64,000 bases of DNA, taken from contig NW_027117343.1 of NCBI RefSeq assembly GCF_038025025.1, positions 2,170,001 through 2,234,000 on the forward strand, in the 5' to 3' direction. The position numbers and the translations under genes were made by a program. The notes under the pieces were generated by a model that was not told where the DNA came from, searched no databases, and saw only the letters and a program-made list of their open reading frames with translations. The stretch comes from Phyllosticta citribraziliensis. Its lineage: Eukaryota. Below are positions 26,027-36,714 of the stretch, piece by piece; position 1 is the stretch's first letter, and each line of letters opens with the position of its first letter.

Positions 26027-28763
26027 TCAGATACCCGAGTCCTCCTGGTGAACCGGGTGCGCCGCATCGTACTTCTTCCAGCTCGCGCACGTCTCGTACG
26101 TCGCCTCAAGGTTGCCGTTCGTCGTCAGTATTTCGCCTTGACGCTCGAGAATTTGCATTGCGAGACCTGGAGGGATGCGTGTCAGCGAGAGTCAACTTTT
26201 GAAAGGGTGCTTGCTGGTAAGGAGAGGAGTGGAGACCGGCGAGCTTGCGAGAGGGAAGAAAGGATAGGTGGGCAAGTGGAGTAGACGAAAGAGGCATGCG
26301 CCAAACGCTGCGCTAGCCGGAAGAGGCAATCCCCTCAACCAACACCACGAAGAAACTCAAAAGCAATGACCGCGTCCCCGAAGAAACTCAAAGCAATGAC
26401 CGCGTAGGTACGTACCAGAGCTAGCGTGGAAGTTCAAGTGGCTACAAGCAGGTAGACTTCGTTAGCAAGGCTCCACAATCAAGCGGCGCGTCCCCTTTCC
26501 AAGAGGATCCATCCACGTACCAGTGCACCGCCCAAGCGCCCGGGTTGTCCGGTTTGAACGCGAGCGCGACGTAGCCGTTGCTCGGCACGAAGACCGTGTC
26601 GCGGCGCGGCGGGTTGGAGAGAGTGAAGCGTGTGAGCGGGTCTTTGTCCTCGTTGTACGGGTTGTTGCGCTGCGCGAGAACCTTTGCATTTGGTCAGTGT
26701 TTGATCGATGAGAACAAGGTTTGGAGCTTACAGCGAAGTCATGTCCGTGCAAATGAACCGGATGGCCTGCTGGGACTTCACGCTTGTCTGCGTGGATGAG
26801 GGGGTCGACGTCGGCCGTGATGATGAGGTAGACGAAGCCGCTGTTGAAGTCGTCTGGAGTTTTGTTGGTTAGTGTTGTGGATGGATGCAGGGAGGTGGAT
26901 ACATACAGTCTATGATGTTGTACTCTGGATTCCACGTCTTGTTCTCGACGTTGAGAATAGTCGGGTTGGCAAAGTCGAGCCAGAGCGGCTTTTGTGCGAG
27001 TTCCCAGCGGAACGCGTTGTGGGACCGTGTGCCGTCCTCGATGCCAATCGTGTACGTGTTGACAAGCACGTCATTCTGCGGGTGCTGATCAACCTGCCAT
27101 TTGTAAATAGGTTTCAGCAGCTCCCACGGCTCGTCATGACAGCTGTTCGGAAATTTGTTCTTCGTCGACTTGGGTGTCTCGGTGCTGCGCGCGTTGTATC
27201 GTACAATGCCCGTCAGGCCGTCGTGGGTATAGGATACGTTTCCGCAGCCGAATTCTTGATCATCGATGCCACCAATACCGGAGGGAGCGGGGATGTCGGT
27301 ACGGATCCAATAGTCGCCTGGTGTTGCGTTGGCTTCGACAACAACGGTATAGCGCTGGCCTGCATCACTTAGTACGAGATCTGCGCTTTTGGATATTTTG
27401 ACCTACCAGGATTGAGGAGAACTGCATTGGTCTCGTATGGTTCAATTGGCACGAAATCAGCGGCAATTACCTGCATCTTGTGCTCGTCAATGCTGAAGAT
27501 GAAGGCAGCGCCAGTGCCACCATTGATCAAGTTGATGAGGTAACGCTTTCCAGGCTCAAAGGTGTTTTCATAGTACGATTCCCATCCTGGCGCGCACATC
27601 TTCGGGTCATTCGAGAGCTTGCAGTCGTAATGGCCGTGGCCGTCAAGAAGAATGCTGTTCCCCTCCGGAGGAGGAGTGAAGTTTGCATTGGTTCGTGGCT
27701 CGCCTGCAGTGAGCTCCTGAGCGAACAGTTCAAACACGCTCTTGTGGAACCTGGGCCTGTCAGTGCAAGTGAAAAAGGGAAGGCATACAAAAAGCATACC
27801 AGTCAGTGATTATCAGGGGCCTCCACTCCTTGTCCCAATTTGCAGAATCAGGTCCGTGGATCCTCAGAGCGCCCGCAACGCCGTCGGAGTAAGCCAGGCT
27901 GTAATGCGAATGATACCACGAGTTGCCGTACTGTGTCGCCTTAAACTTATAAGTAAATGTTTCACCGTAGGCGATTGGACACTGCGTAACGCCATTAACC
28001 CCATCCATCTCGTTTGAGCCGAGCATGCGAATTCCATGCCAGTGGATGCTTGAGGCAAGTTAGTGGCCCACGAACGTTTTGGTGGCTGTAGAACTCACGT
28101 CGAGCCATTAGTCGGGTTCAAATTCTTGACATGCACCACAATCTCGTCTCCCCAGCATGCCTCGATCAAAGGACCAGGGTAGCTGCCGTTGATCACCTTG
28201 CCGTGAGGCTTGGAGTACCCGTCGTTGACAAGCTTTTGAGCACAATTAGCCGTCCCGCCTGCACGTAACTGCCGGACGAATGAAACAAGCGCTCGCTTAC
28301 ATTCTTCTCTCCGACCTCGATCCAGTACTGTGACAGGTCAGTCAGTCAGCAAGGTGTCTCTGTCTCATTGTTGGATGGAAGTGGTCTCTGGCACGCACTT
28401 CACGAGTAACACCAGTCGGCCAGTTGTTTTCGTCTAAGGCAGCGTCAGCACGTGGGCATGATGAATGCTCCTTCCCTACGTACAATCGGTGTGTATGTCG
28501 TACTGCGAAAAGAGCGGCTGCTTGGACGTCGTGTCCTTCAGCCAGCAGCTTCTATCACTCGCAGAGTTGCAGCTCTTGAAGCCCTTCATCGACGGGTACG
28601 AGCAGGTGAAGCCGTTGGAAGCATCGTGCGGATGCCAAGTGAGGTCATCATGAATCGAGAGAGGCTGCTGGCCGGCACCATGGCCAGCATGGTCCATGCC
28701 TCCCAGTGGCGTGAAGAAGGGGAGGTGCAGGAGCAGATCCCAACACGTGTTGAAGAACCCCAT
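26027..28763 (-). CDS. Multicopper oxidase / ascomycete laccase (AA1), about 10-11 introns including very small exons
   Basis: All four Cu motifs appear after splicing: [18 protein letters not shown] and [12 protein letters not shown]. The C-terminal DSGI* is typical of ascomycete laccases. Confidence 0.93.
26348..26405. repeat. Tandem ~28-bp direct duplication inside the last laccase intron
   Basis: cgaagaaactcaaaagcaatgaccgcgt (26348-26375) and cgaagaaactcaaagcaatgaccgcgt (26379-26405), differing by one A. Confidence 0.9.
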
Positions 28764-30819
28764 GGTGGTGGGATTTTTTGTTATGAGAAGGATTGAGAAG
28801 ATTTCAAAGACGAGAAGGGCGCAGAGTTTGCCAATGGGCAGCGCCGTTTCGAGTACAAATATGGCCGCGGCAGCAACCGTTGCTCAAGCTTCAGCTGAGA
28901 CGAACGCTGACACCGGTTGATCCGATATGGAGAATGCGCCCTACATGGGCTCGCGTCTGCCCCAGACGTGTGATGCACGTACGTGATGGTCACCAATAGA
29001 CAGCCATTCTATCGCTCAGCCTCAGATCACCCAGCCTGTCCGTCCACTTACCTCGAGCTCCGAGCGCCAGCTAGACGCCACAAAATCATATCTCGTGCTG
29101 TGGACGCATGACGGCATGCTGGGAGCATCTCAGTCAGAATATTGCATAGCCGCGAAGGCAAAAACTCTGGCAGGGGCAGGCCGGAAGAGAGGGAGTCAAC
29201 CATGACCATGGCCATCTTCCCAAAGCGGAAGATTGATCGTCTTTTTGATCTGTCACGAGTTTCCAGAGCCCATTCAGACGACCATTGAGCATCTTTCGGA
29301 GCTTCGGACAGTGATTATTCCACATTCTTGGACGGGACAGGCTGATGTGCTCGTATAAGCGCGGGCTGACGTTGTAGAGATGTGCGCACCCCGAGATCCC
29401 GTCCTGCAAGCTCATTGGCGGTGACTTGAAGCCAGATTCTCACGCACGCGTAGACAAGCGGGAAGAGGCGAGTGGGAAGACTGATGGATGTCGGGGAATA
29501 CCGCAGAATGGCGCTGGGCTTTTTGCTTTTTAGGTGGGTGCGGGGCCAGCCTTGCAAGACAGCCAAGCCAACATCCCGACTGAAGAAACGTTCAAATAGG
29601 CATCCATGGTACGATATGTATGTCGTCGGTGCTACACTTGGCAGTGGCTTGTTGCCTACTGTCTGGACGTGATGCAGACGTGGTAAGAACCCCTTCGTAA
29701 AGCGCGAGTGGCCTGATGGACAGGTGCAGTCGCATAAAGGAAAACGCTGCTATCCAGATTGAATATACGAGAGATTGACTGCCGCAGCAGCCAAAGGGCC
29801 ATTGAGAGCGCTTACGTGCCTCGAACATATGAGCTTGGCATGGTTGGTCGAGGATTGTTGCCACAATAGGCAATGGGGCCACAGAGCGTCGTTGGGGCTG
29901 GAGCTTCAGGGCTGAGGTGAGCAAACGCCACGCATACTCCGAGTTTCGCGGAAAGTTTTGAGAGTCGTCCAGTCGATGTTGTTCTTATCAGGTAAAGCTC
30001 TCGGGGGGATGGAGCAGCGTGCGGCCGATCCCCATAAAGGCTCGTCGTTCGCAGCCGCTCAAAAGGACCGAGGCTGATAGCAAAAGCCGTGACACACGGG
30101 AGAGAATGTGGGTAGGGAGAGGAAGTAAGGAAGCAGATGGGGAGATTTCCTGTGATTCAATGGCGAGTAACAGTGAGCATTCAAGCTCATCTGATTCAGA
30201 GCATTCGAACATCCAATTCACACAAACCCGTCATCACTGGTGAGCGCCACGGCTTCTCTCACCAGTCTCGGACCGAAACTCAGCAATCGAAGAACCGCAG
30301 AAAAGCTGGGCATTTGCCGTATGGAGCATTGCGGCACAGTTCGACCAGTGCGTAGGTGCAATTGTGGATATGGGGCCCGTCGTCCTATTCCCGGCAGGCC
30401 AAGTTCAGAGCTCCTTATAGGCGTGTTGGCGTCTGGGCTGGCCGCGCGGAAGCGGCAGCGGTAGATGTGCGAAGGGCGCTGACCAAGTTGTCTGGCGAAT
30501 GGCGGATCGCGCCCTGCCGTGCGGGAGGCCTCGCCCGCATGGCGAAGCTTGAGCTCAGTCATGGTCCGGCGAATCCGGGTGTCTTGGTGCAGGTCAGAGT
30601 CGATGGTTGGCGCGCGCAGGTCAACAAGATGGGTTTCGGCCCCCGCCAACCTCCACGTGGGTATTCGCATCTTCGCTTAGCCTTTTAGTAAGGAGGCTCC
30701 AGAGCAAGAATTGGGGCGTGCCGGAGATGAGTATGACGTTTGATGTAAGTATACCGCATTAAGGCGGTCTGGCAGACGGAGCATTATTCCAAGAGCCTCT
30801 TCCTCTCGCGCCTCCTCTG

Positions 30820-31926
30820 ATGTTGCAGTCATCCGCATCCTCGTCCTTTTCCGCCCGTCGCCTGAACCGGTCGACCTTTGTGATATCCGAAGATGACCGC
30901 TTCGGCGCCCATCCTCTGATATACGCAAAGCTGCACCCGCTGCTGCCAGTCCTCATTCTCTCCAACACGGGCTCCGGCGTGCCTCGCGACTCGTCGGTCG
31001 AGGTTTACAAGCTTCGACAATTCCTCGAGGAATATCCCATCCCCGACAATGGCGGCAAGCCACTGAATCCGCGCACAAGCAATGGCCTTCCGGAGCGACA
31101 TTACTATGTCATCATCAACCATTGCCATTACGACCGGATTGGCGCGGTGGAGCAGTTTCCGACGCCTCCATCGACCAGCGCCACTTCCTCGGGCGTCATG
31201 ATAACAAGATCAAAATATGCCATAACGGCCTCCAAGGGCTCCAGGTACTCGACCGTCGTAGCATCGGGCAACGCACCATCCTTCATCACCGGCAACCTTG
31301 CCGAGCACAGTTTATGCAACCTCCTGCGGCGACCAGTACCAGATTACAGGCCGTCCAAGTGGGCCAAGGATGGCGAGCAGCTGTGCCACGACGGGCAGAA
31401 GCTCGACATTACAGCCATCCACGCTCCCGGCCACCTCCCGGACGAGATGGCCTGGTACGATCACCAGGAGCGCTGGTTGTACGTGGGGGACACATTTTAC
31501 GAGCGAGGCGAGGACGACATGGCCATTGTGTTTGCGCGCGAGGGAGACCTCGTGGACTACATGTCGACGCTCCGCAAGCTGCTCAGCTTCGTGCGGTTGC
31601 AGAACGAGTACGCGATAGCAGAGGGGCTCAACGAGTACGACCACGAGGGCTACGGAGCGGCCAAACGAGTGACGGCGAGCTGCGGGCGCAGCACGTCGGT
31701 CGCCGACGCCGAGAGCAGTCTCGTGGCCGTCATTGCGCTCTTCGACAAGCTCTTTGCCGACAAGGTGCCCGTCACGGAGACGACCATGTACCGTGGCGAC
31801 GAGTACTACACTTGGATGGAGGAGGGCGATGACGTCAAGTACTCGATTGTGGCCCCGCGGCGGATGGTCGAGGAAGCAAGGAAACAGTTTGGAGACCGGG
31901 CCGTGTTGCAGAGCATCATGCGGTAA
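30820..31926 (+). CDS. Metallo-beta-lactamase-fold hydrolase-like protein with atypical metal motifs
   Basis: 368-aa ORF with NTGSG, NHCHYDRIG (HxHxDH-like), APGHLPDE and LYVGDTFY. Confidence 0.8.
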   Translation: MLQSSASSSFSARRLNRSTFVISEDDRFGAHPLIYAKLHPLLPVLILSNTGSGVPRDSSVEVYKLRQFLEEYPIPDNGGKPLNPRTSNGLPERHYYVIINHCHYDRIGAVEQFPTPPSTSATSSGVMITRSKYAITASKGSRYSTVVASGNAPSFITGNLAEHSLCNLLRRPVPDYRPSKWAKDGEQLCHDGQKLDITAIHAPGHLPDEMAWYDHQERWLYVGDTFYERGEDDMAIVFAREGDLVDYMSTLRKLLSFVRLQNEYAIAEGLNEYDHEGYGAAKRVTASCGRSTSVADAESSLVAVIALFDKLFADKVPVTETTMYRGDEYYTWMEEGDDVKYSIVAPRRMVEEARKQFGDRAVLQSIMR

Positions 31927-32342
31927 GGCAGTACAGTTAATGGAGTGACGGACGACGACCAGCTTTTTCTCTTCTTCCACCAAAACTCGGACTAGGGTAG
32001 ACGGCAGACACAGACAGCAATGAGATAGCACATGCACAACGGACCAACACCAACGGACCAAGGGAAGGGAAGGGAAGTTGGATCTCAAACGGAGCGAGTC
32101 AGGGGCTGAGGGGCAACTGGAGCGGAGGCAGGGCCGTACGGTAGGCGTGGAAAAGGTCCGCGCAGCCTGGCCGCTCTCCAGACCGCGCGCGTTGAGCGCC
32201 GCGACGGCGTGTCCGCCAGCCAGAAGAAAAAAAATTCCCACGGCCGTTGCATTACTACTGTACTCCACACGCGGCGCTTGCAGCACCTGGCAACCATCCA
32301 CCCACACGCCCGACCCGACAAATCGAGACGACTGGAACAACC

Positions 32343-33263
32343 ATGTCCGACAAAGACGCAGGGACGCCCCGTCTCTTCCTCGCTCGCCATGGTCCGTGAC
32401 ACGCCACAGCACCAAGCAAAAGCCCCTTCCGCTGTCCCCTTTGTCCCCGCAGCCACACCCGTCGCATCACCTTCTTGTCCTGTCAACCTCAGACAGCAGA
32501 CTGGCTTCCTTGACCTCAATCAATCCCTCGTCATGCCGTCGTCGTCCCCAGCTAACACACACCCCTCCACCCCACAGGCGAAACCGAATGGACCATCAAC
32601 GGCCGCTACACCGGCGTCACCGAGCTGCCCTTGACGCCCAACGGCGAGCGACAAGTCCTCGGCAGCGGCCGCGCCCTCGTCGGCTCCAACAAGCTGATCA
32701 ACCCGTCGCGCCTCGCCGCCGTCTACATCTCGCCGCGCCAGCGCGCGCAGCAAACCTACGACCTGCTCTTCCCGGGCCCCGCCAAAACGGCCCTCGCCGC
32801 CGCCGACAAAGTGCACACCACCTCGCGCCTCGCCGAGTGGGACTACGGCGCCTACGAGGGCCTGCTGACCAAGGAGATCCGCGCGCGCCGCGCCACGCGC
32901 GGCCTCGACGGCGAGCGCCCGTGGGACATCTGGCGCGACGGCTGCGAGGACGGCGAGTCGCCCGCCGAGGTCACGGCGCGGCTGGACGACTTGATCCGCG
33001 AGATTCGCGACATGCAGCGGCCGTACATGCACGGCGAGAAGCCGGTCGACGTGGTGCTGGTGGCCCACGGGCACCTGCTGCGGGCGTTCGCCAAGCGCTG
33101 GCTGGGCTACAGCATGGAGACGCCGCTGAGCATGATGATGGCGCCGGGCGGCGTCGGCGTGCTGAGTTATCAGCATCATAGTGTTGACGAGCCGGCGTTT
33201 CTGCTCGGGTTGGCGCTGCCGTTGGCGGAGGAGGCGGCGGAGGTCGAGGAGGTGAAGAACTAG
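32343..33263 (+). CDS. SHB17: Histidine phosphatase (phosphoglycerate mutase family), sedoheptulose-1,7-bisphosphatase Shb17-like; intron 32392-32577
   Basis: Splicing restores LARHG|ETEWTINGRYTG; also ISPRQRA, EWDYGAYEGL, WDIWRDGCEDGES and VAHGHLLRAF. Confidence 0.85.
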
Positions 33264-34010
33264 GTGGAGATGGGATAGAGTGGACTGAGGGTTTTGAGCG
33301 TAGATGGTAGACCTAGATATATCTAGCACTAGACCATAGAGGCGTAGATGGGATATATTAGCCTTACCCGCCCCAACCCATTCCAGGCATGTCCAAGCCG
33401 TACCAAGCAACGACACACTGAATGTTACGTAGCATCGCGAGCTCGTAACGCTGCTCGAGTATGACATCAAACAGGCGAACAGCTTAACAAATCCCTAGCT
33501 CCCTGTTACTACTCCAGTCCAATGCCAACCACAACTACAACCGGTCAACCCCAAGCCAAACATACCCCTAACAGCAGCATGAGTGAGACAAGACACGGGA
33601 GATGAAGAGGGAGACAGTGACACGCGACTGGCTGGGACTGGGCTGTAAGCAGGAAGACAGGTACGGTATGTAGGAAGTAATAGGGGGAGGAGAGAAGCAT
33701 TCAAGAGCGACATGACCCTGAGCACATCATGTCAAGAAAAGCAAAAGGGGAAAGGGGGAGGAAGGAGAAGAAGCAGAGAGAAACAGACATTTGACCATGA
33801 CAATGCCAGCGACGACGACGACGACGAGGATATCAAACGTTTGGATTCATGGACAAAAATATTCCAAAACCATGGACAAAAATGCCCCAAAGCCCCGCTT
33901 TCACCCCTCTCCCCTCTCACCTCTCCCCCTACTTCTACTACCAGCTCGCTACTGACTGACTGACTGCTTCCGGCCGCAACAATAGCCAGCACGATTTACT
34001 CTACCTCACC

Positions 34011-35923
34011 TCACGACTCGGCGTCGACAAACTCCTCCAAGGAGCCCGCGTCCGAGTCCTTCCGCACTATCGTTCCGTGCGGGCGGCCATTCTTGTTAGC
34101 AGCAGCGTCGTGCTGGCCAAAGTCGATGGGGTCGTCATGTGCAGCCGCCGACGGCACCGTCGACGTCGACTGCCTGTGATCCGACTCGCTGTTGTTGTTG
34201 TTGTGCTCGGGTATCGAGAGGCGCCGTTGCGGCGGTTTTTGGCCCGGCAGGATGGGCGCAATGTTTAGAATCTGTTTGGTCTGCTCTTCGGGCGTTGCGC
34301 CGTCACTGTCACGGGGAAGATGTCAGCCTCACTTTCCTCTGCATGCCGGACACGGCGACGGCGATGCTCCCTCTCCTGCACTTCCTCCCCGGACGCCCCC
34401 CGCAGACTCGGCTGGAGACTCACATGGTAGCCCGAATGATAAAGTCCAAGTCCTCCTCGCCCTCCTCCGGCCCACCCGGTCCGCCTTGGACTCGTCGGAA
34501 TAACCGAGGCGTCCAGTCGTGCCCTTCGTCTGCGCGCCTCGCCGCCTCCTCGCGCTGCCGGTCTTCGATCTTGGTCTTTTCGTCCGTCGCCGTCAGCTGG
34601 TCGCGCTGCTTGATGGCCGTCGTGACCTTTTGCCACAGCCGTTGAGACTCGCGCTCGTCCTGCTCCTCGAGCGAACGCACGCGGGGCGGCGTCTCTCGCG
34701 CGTGGGATGCGTCAAACAAGAGTTGTCTCTTGCCGGTCTGCGGGCGAAACGCCTGTCAGCAAAACAGGCTGCAAGTGTCAAATGCGCGACACCTCTAGAC
34801 GTACCTGAATGTTCTTTGCCCACATTTCTCCTGTCCACAGCCCCGAGAGCTCGTAAAGATTGTGGCCCGTTTTTGCGTCTCTAATGTATCCGCCGATGGC
34901 GTTATATGTGCCGCTCACCCAACCTTTCGTCTTGAACTCAATGTCCGCCTCCAATCCCAGCTCCGGACACCGCACAAAGCTGTGGTCGCCCAGCTCGTAC
35001 TTCATCTTGCCAAACAGGATCCCCCGGGCGTACATGTTGGGCTGCGTAATAAAGCTGTTGCCTAAATCAGCAAAACAAACACAACCAACAACCCCGCAAT
35101 TCGAACGTACTATCTCTCATTATGGTTCAGGAATCTCATGACGGCGAGACCCTCCATCATGCTAGCGGCAGAGTTGCCCAAAAACTTGCTCCGCGGCTTG
35201 AGGGTGCCGTCGATGCGGATGTGATGCTCGGGGGCCATGAAGAAGTAGCTCGACTTTGGGGGGTGGTGGCTCGTTTGCTCGGAAATGTAGTAGCCTCTGG
35301 TATTGTCCGGATAGTCCCAGTAGCAGGTGAAGGTCTCTCCGAGGATGGGGTTTAGGGGTTTTTTGACGCCTCTGTCCGGTGGAGGTCAGCAATTTTTTTT
35401 CATTTGTTGTTGTGGTCACTGCTGGAGCGCGTAGAGTATACGTACGGCGGTTTGATGTGCCAGCCACTGAGGTAGAACTTTACGACAGAGAGAAAGCGCT
35501 CAGTCGGGTCTTGGATGGTAGGCATGGGGAGCAGGGTCTCCGGGTGTGCCATGAAGCTGGTCGGGCCTGTATCAGTTTTCGGTTCCTCTTGTCCTCTTCT
35601 ATTCCACAGCGGTACGGAGGCGGGCGGGCTGCACGCACTTGGTTATTCTCTCAAGCATCGAACGAGGCTCCAGGATAAAGGTTGGGAGGGTGATTCTGCT
35701 GAGGTCGGCGCCGGGGCGCAACTGCGAGATGATGTGGGTGAGGACTTGGGGGTGTTAGCTTGAGTAGATGCCTGACAGAGCAAGCAGGCTGGAGGTTACC
35801 ATTGCTCTGCTCCGAGTCGACGACGGTCTCGTCTTCGGGGGTGACGGTTGAGTTGTCGCGGGCATCTTCGGTGGAAGAGCGGTTGCTCGACAGCGAGTGG
35901 CGTCTGGCGTGGCCGAGCACCAT
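34011..35923 (-). CDS. Oxysterol-binding protein homologue, short (Osh6/Osh7-like) class, 6 introns
   Basis: [41 protein letters not shown] signature, [12 protein letters not shown] and [13 protein letters not shown]. The last exon ends ...[10 protein letters not shown]. Confidence 0.92.
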
Positions 35924-36714
35924 GGTTTCTGGGATCTAGAGGGCGAGGTTGGGTTCGGGCGCGGTACTTGTCGAGATGTCGTGGAGGATATGGGGCGGTG
36001 CGACGGGCATCAGGGCAAGGAAGAAGGACTTTGCTGCAGCAGCGGCCGTGGATGACGCGGGTGGGTGGGCTCTCCGGGCGTTGGCTAGGTTAGCGGGGTA
36101 CGGTACTGTGCTGCCACTGACACTGCACTTTTTTGACAGGACAGCACTGACAGATGGCCTACCGTACCGTACCACTGCCACTGCATGCATGCGTCAAAGA
36201 AACACAAGACGTCATGTTTCACTCCAACACCAACAAAAACATCAACAACACCATCGCCCTCGTCGCCCTGCCGCCGCCCCGTCGTCGCCGTCGCCGTCGC
36301 CGTCCTTGACCGCCCGCCCGCCCGGCCAACACATGCCACGGCCACGGCCACGGCCACACCCACGGCCACATCCACGCCCGCCGACAGGGGCACGGCGTCT
36401 TTGCGCGATCTTCAACACCGGCACGGCACTTCTTTGCGCGTTGCCTCCGGATGCCGCCTGCTTCCGCTCTCCGCCCGTTGCGACTCCATCCAATCCCAGA
36501 ATATTCGTATTCGACCACGCCGTCTGCTTTGTTGTTCTCCACATCCCACCTGCTGCTACATGCTGCTGGCAGGTTGCTACCGTTTGACCCCGCGTCCTCG
36601 AGACCCTAGGTACACATGTCCGGGTCTACCCTCGCTAGAAAAAGATCTACCCGAAATGGACACCAGGGCTTCCTATCACAGCATGTGGGGGCTTCGTTTA
36701 ATGAGTAAACACCT

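Noticed and set aside
26348..26405. Repeat-spacer-like pattern suggesting CRISPR
   Set aside because: Only two copies, 3 nt apart, inside a eukaryotic intron, with no cas genes.
28743..28763. N-myristoylation/palmitoylation signal (MGFFNTC) on the laccase
   Set aside because: Phe directly after Gly2 is disfavoured by N-myristoyltransferase consensus, so support is insufficient.
32392..32397. Unusual GTCCGT donor in the SHB17-like gene
   Set aside because: Still GT-AG with a normal CTAAC branch point; within fungal variation.
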